64,000 bases of DNA, from positions 15,004,001 to 15,068,000 of the forward strand of contig CM114271.1 in the NCBI GenBank assembly GCA_050084515.1. The letters are read 5' to 3'. Source of the DNA: Blasia pusilla. Its lineage: Eukaryota. The notes beneath the pieces are model-generated. The model was not told the origin of the DNA. It worked only from the letters and a program-made list of their open reading frames with translations, and did not search any database. Both the position numbers and the translations under genes were made by a program. Shown in pieces: positions 62,967 to 64,000 of the stretch; positions within the stretch are counted from its first letter, which is position 1; each line of letters opens with the position of its first letter.

Positions 62967-64000
62967 TTTGAAGGATTAACAAGAGGATGTAGAAGGAGAG
63001 AAACGACTTCAAACTATATCATTATGGGAAACACGTCTATATACCCTGGGCTACAAACAAAAAAAATTCTTCAGTGCATCCCCATGGACACTTTACTAGT
63101 CTCTCCATATCTAGTATACGCACCACAAGTGTTTGAATATCGAGTATGCGCACGACGAGTGTTTGAGATGTTTGACGAGCAATATGTTGGACTTGATGTG
63201 AGAAGTGAGTCATCACAACTATCATACAAGCTTGAGCATTGCGTTGAAGATGATGCTCGGTATTTTGAACCAATGATTGCGGTGTTGTGATAGGATGGTG
63301 GTAGCTTGTCATCTGAGTTGTTGTCGCTTAGAAAATGGTTTTCGGTCGGACTCTTCAAGGGCGGACGACTGGAATGTTTCGGGTCGAATGAAGCGAAACG
63401 TTGCACAGGTCACAATGAGATCCGTTGCAGGAGCACATCTTTTCCATGGTGTTGTCGATGTACCTTTTCAGGATGCTTTTCTCCAGGTACGCCACCAATC
63501 AGGAGCTCCTAGACGGTGACGAGTTATAAGAGCACCGTGCTAGACAAGCGCCCGGGGCTTCGAACGTTGGTGAAATTTGTTATGCGTGGGCTTCTGCGAT
63601 AGGAGAAGAACAACAAGGAGCTGCAAGTGGATGCAATCGATCCATGGATGCTGATGGATGGATCTCACCAGGTACATAAGAAGCAAATCCCTTACTTGTA
63701 AAGAAAGAGAGGGATAGGAGATGGATGTAACCCTGACGCTGAACCGCTGTATCATACCGTGTTGCCATAAGAAAGACGACCTTGCGGCAGAACCTTAACA
63801 GCTGAGACGGTTTGCGATCAAAGCTGTAATGCATTTGCTGCACCAGCAGGGAGAGATTCTAGATGGAGAGATACTACGACAATCGATCCTCGATTCGGCT
63901 TCTGATTACTGTGATGCGATTTTTCGATGAGTAATTGGAAAGTAATATAAGTCATATACAAATATATAGGTAGGTATACGCGCCACGCGTGGCGAGTTTA

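Noticed and set aside
63024-63850. Cluster of short ORFs near the window end
   Set aside because: No recognisable protein family or consistent exon structure; the region is flanked by Helitron-like motifs.

Overview
Eukaryotic plant nuclear DNA, most likely from a seed-free land plant with flagellated sperm (inferred from an axonemal dynein assembly factor DNAAF5-like gene). Four host genes lie on the + strand: an 18-exon TAP1/ABCB26-like ABC half-transporter (265-8065), a DNAAF5/HEATR2-like HEAT-repeat gene (~18967-25668), an intronless AVT6-like amino acid transporter (51120-52697) and a two-exon MFAP1 (57415-59475). Transposon-rich spacers separate them. The main finding is two diverged, degenerate copies of one Ty3/gypsy retrotransposon family (11215-17622 on -, ~40292-46099 on +). 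Each carries a DNMT3-like C5 cytosine methyltransferase domain between protease and reverse transcriptase, and copy 1 also ends its integrase in an intact PHD finger. Copy 1 has a 4-bp TSD and sits exactly in the loop of a 30-bp-arm palindrome. The window also holds a full-length hAT transposon with TIRs and an 8-bp TSD (34031-38337), Helitron-like short repeats and several tandem repeats. I saw no rRNA, tRNA or CRISPR features. All calls come from reading the sequence and from remembered family motifs; no searches were run.
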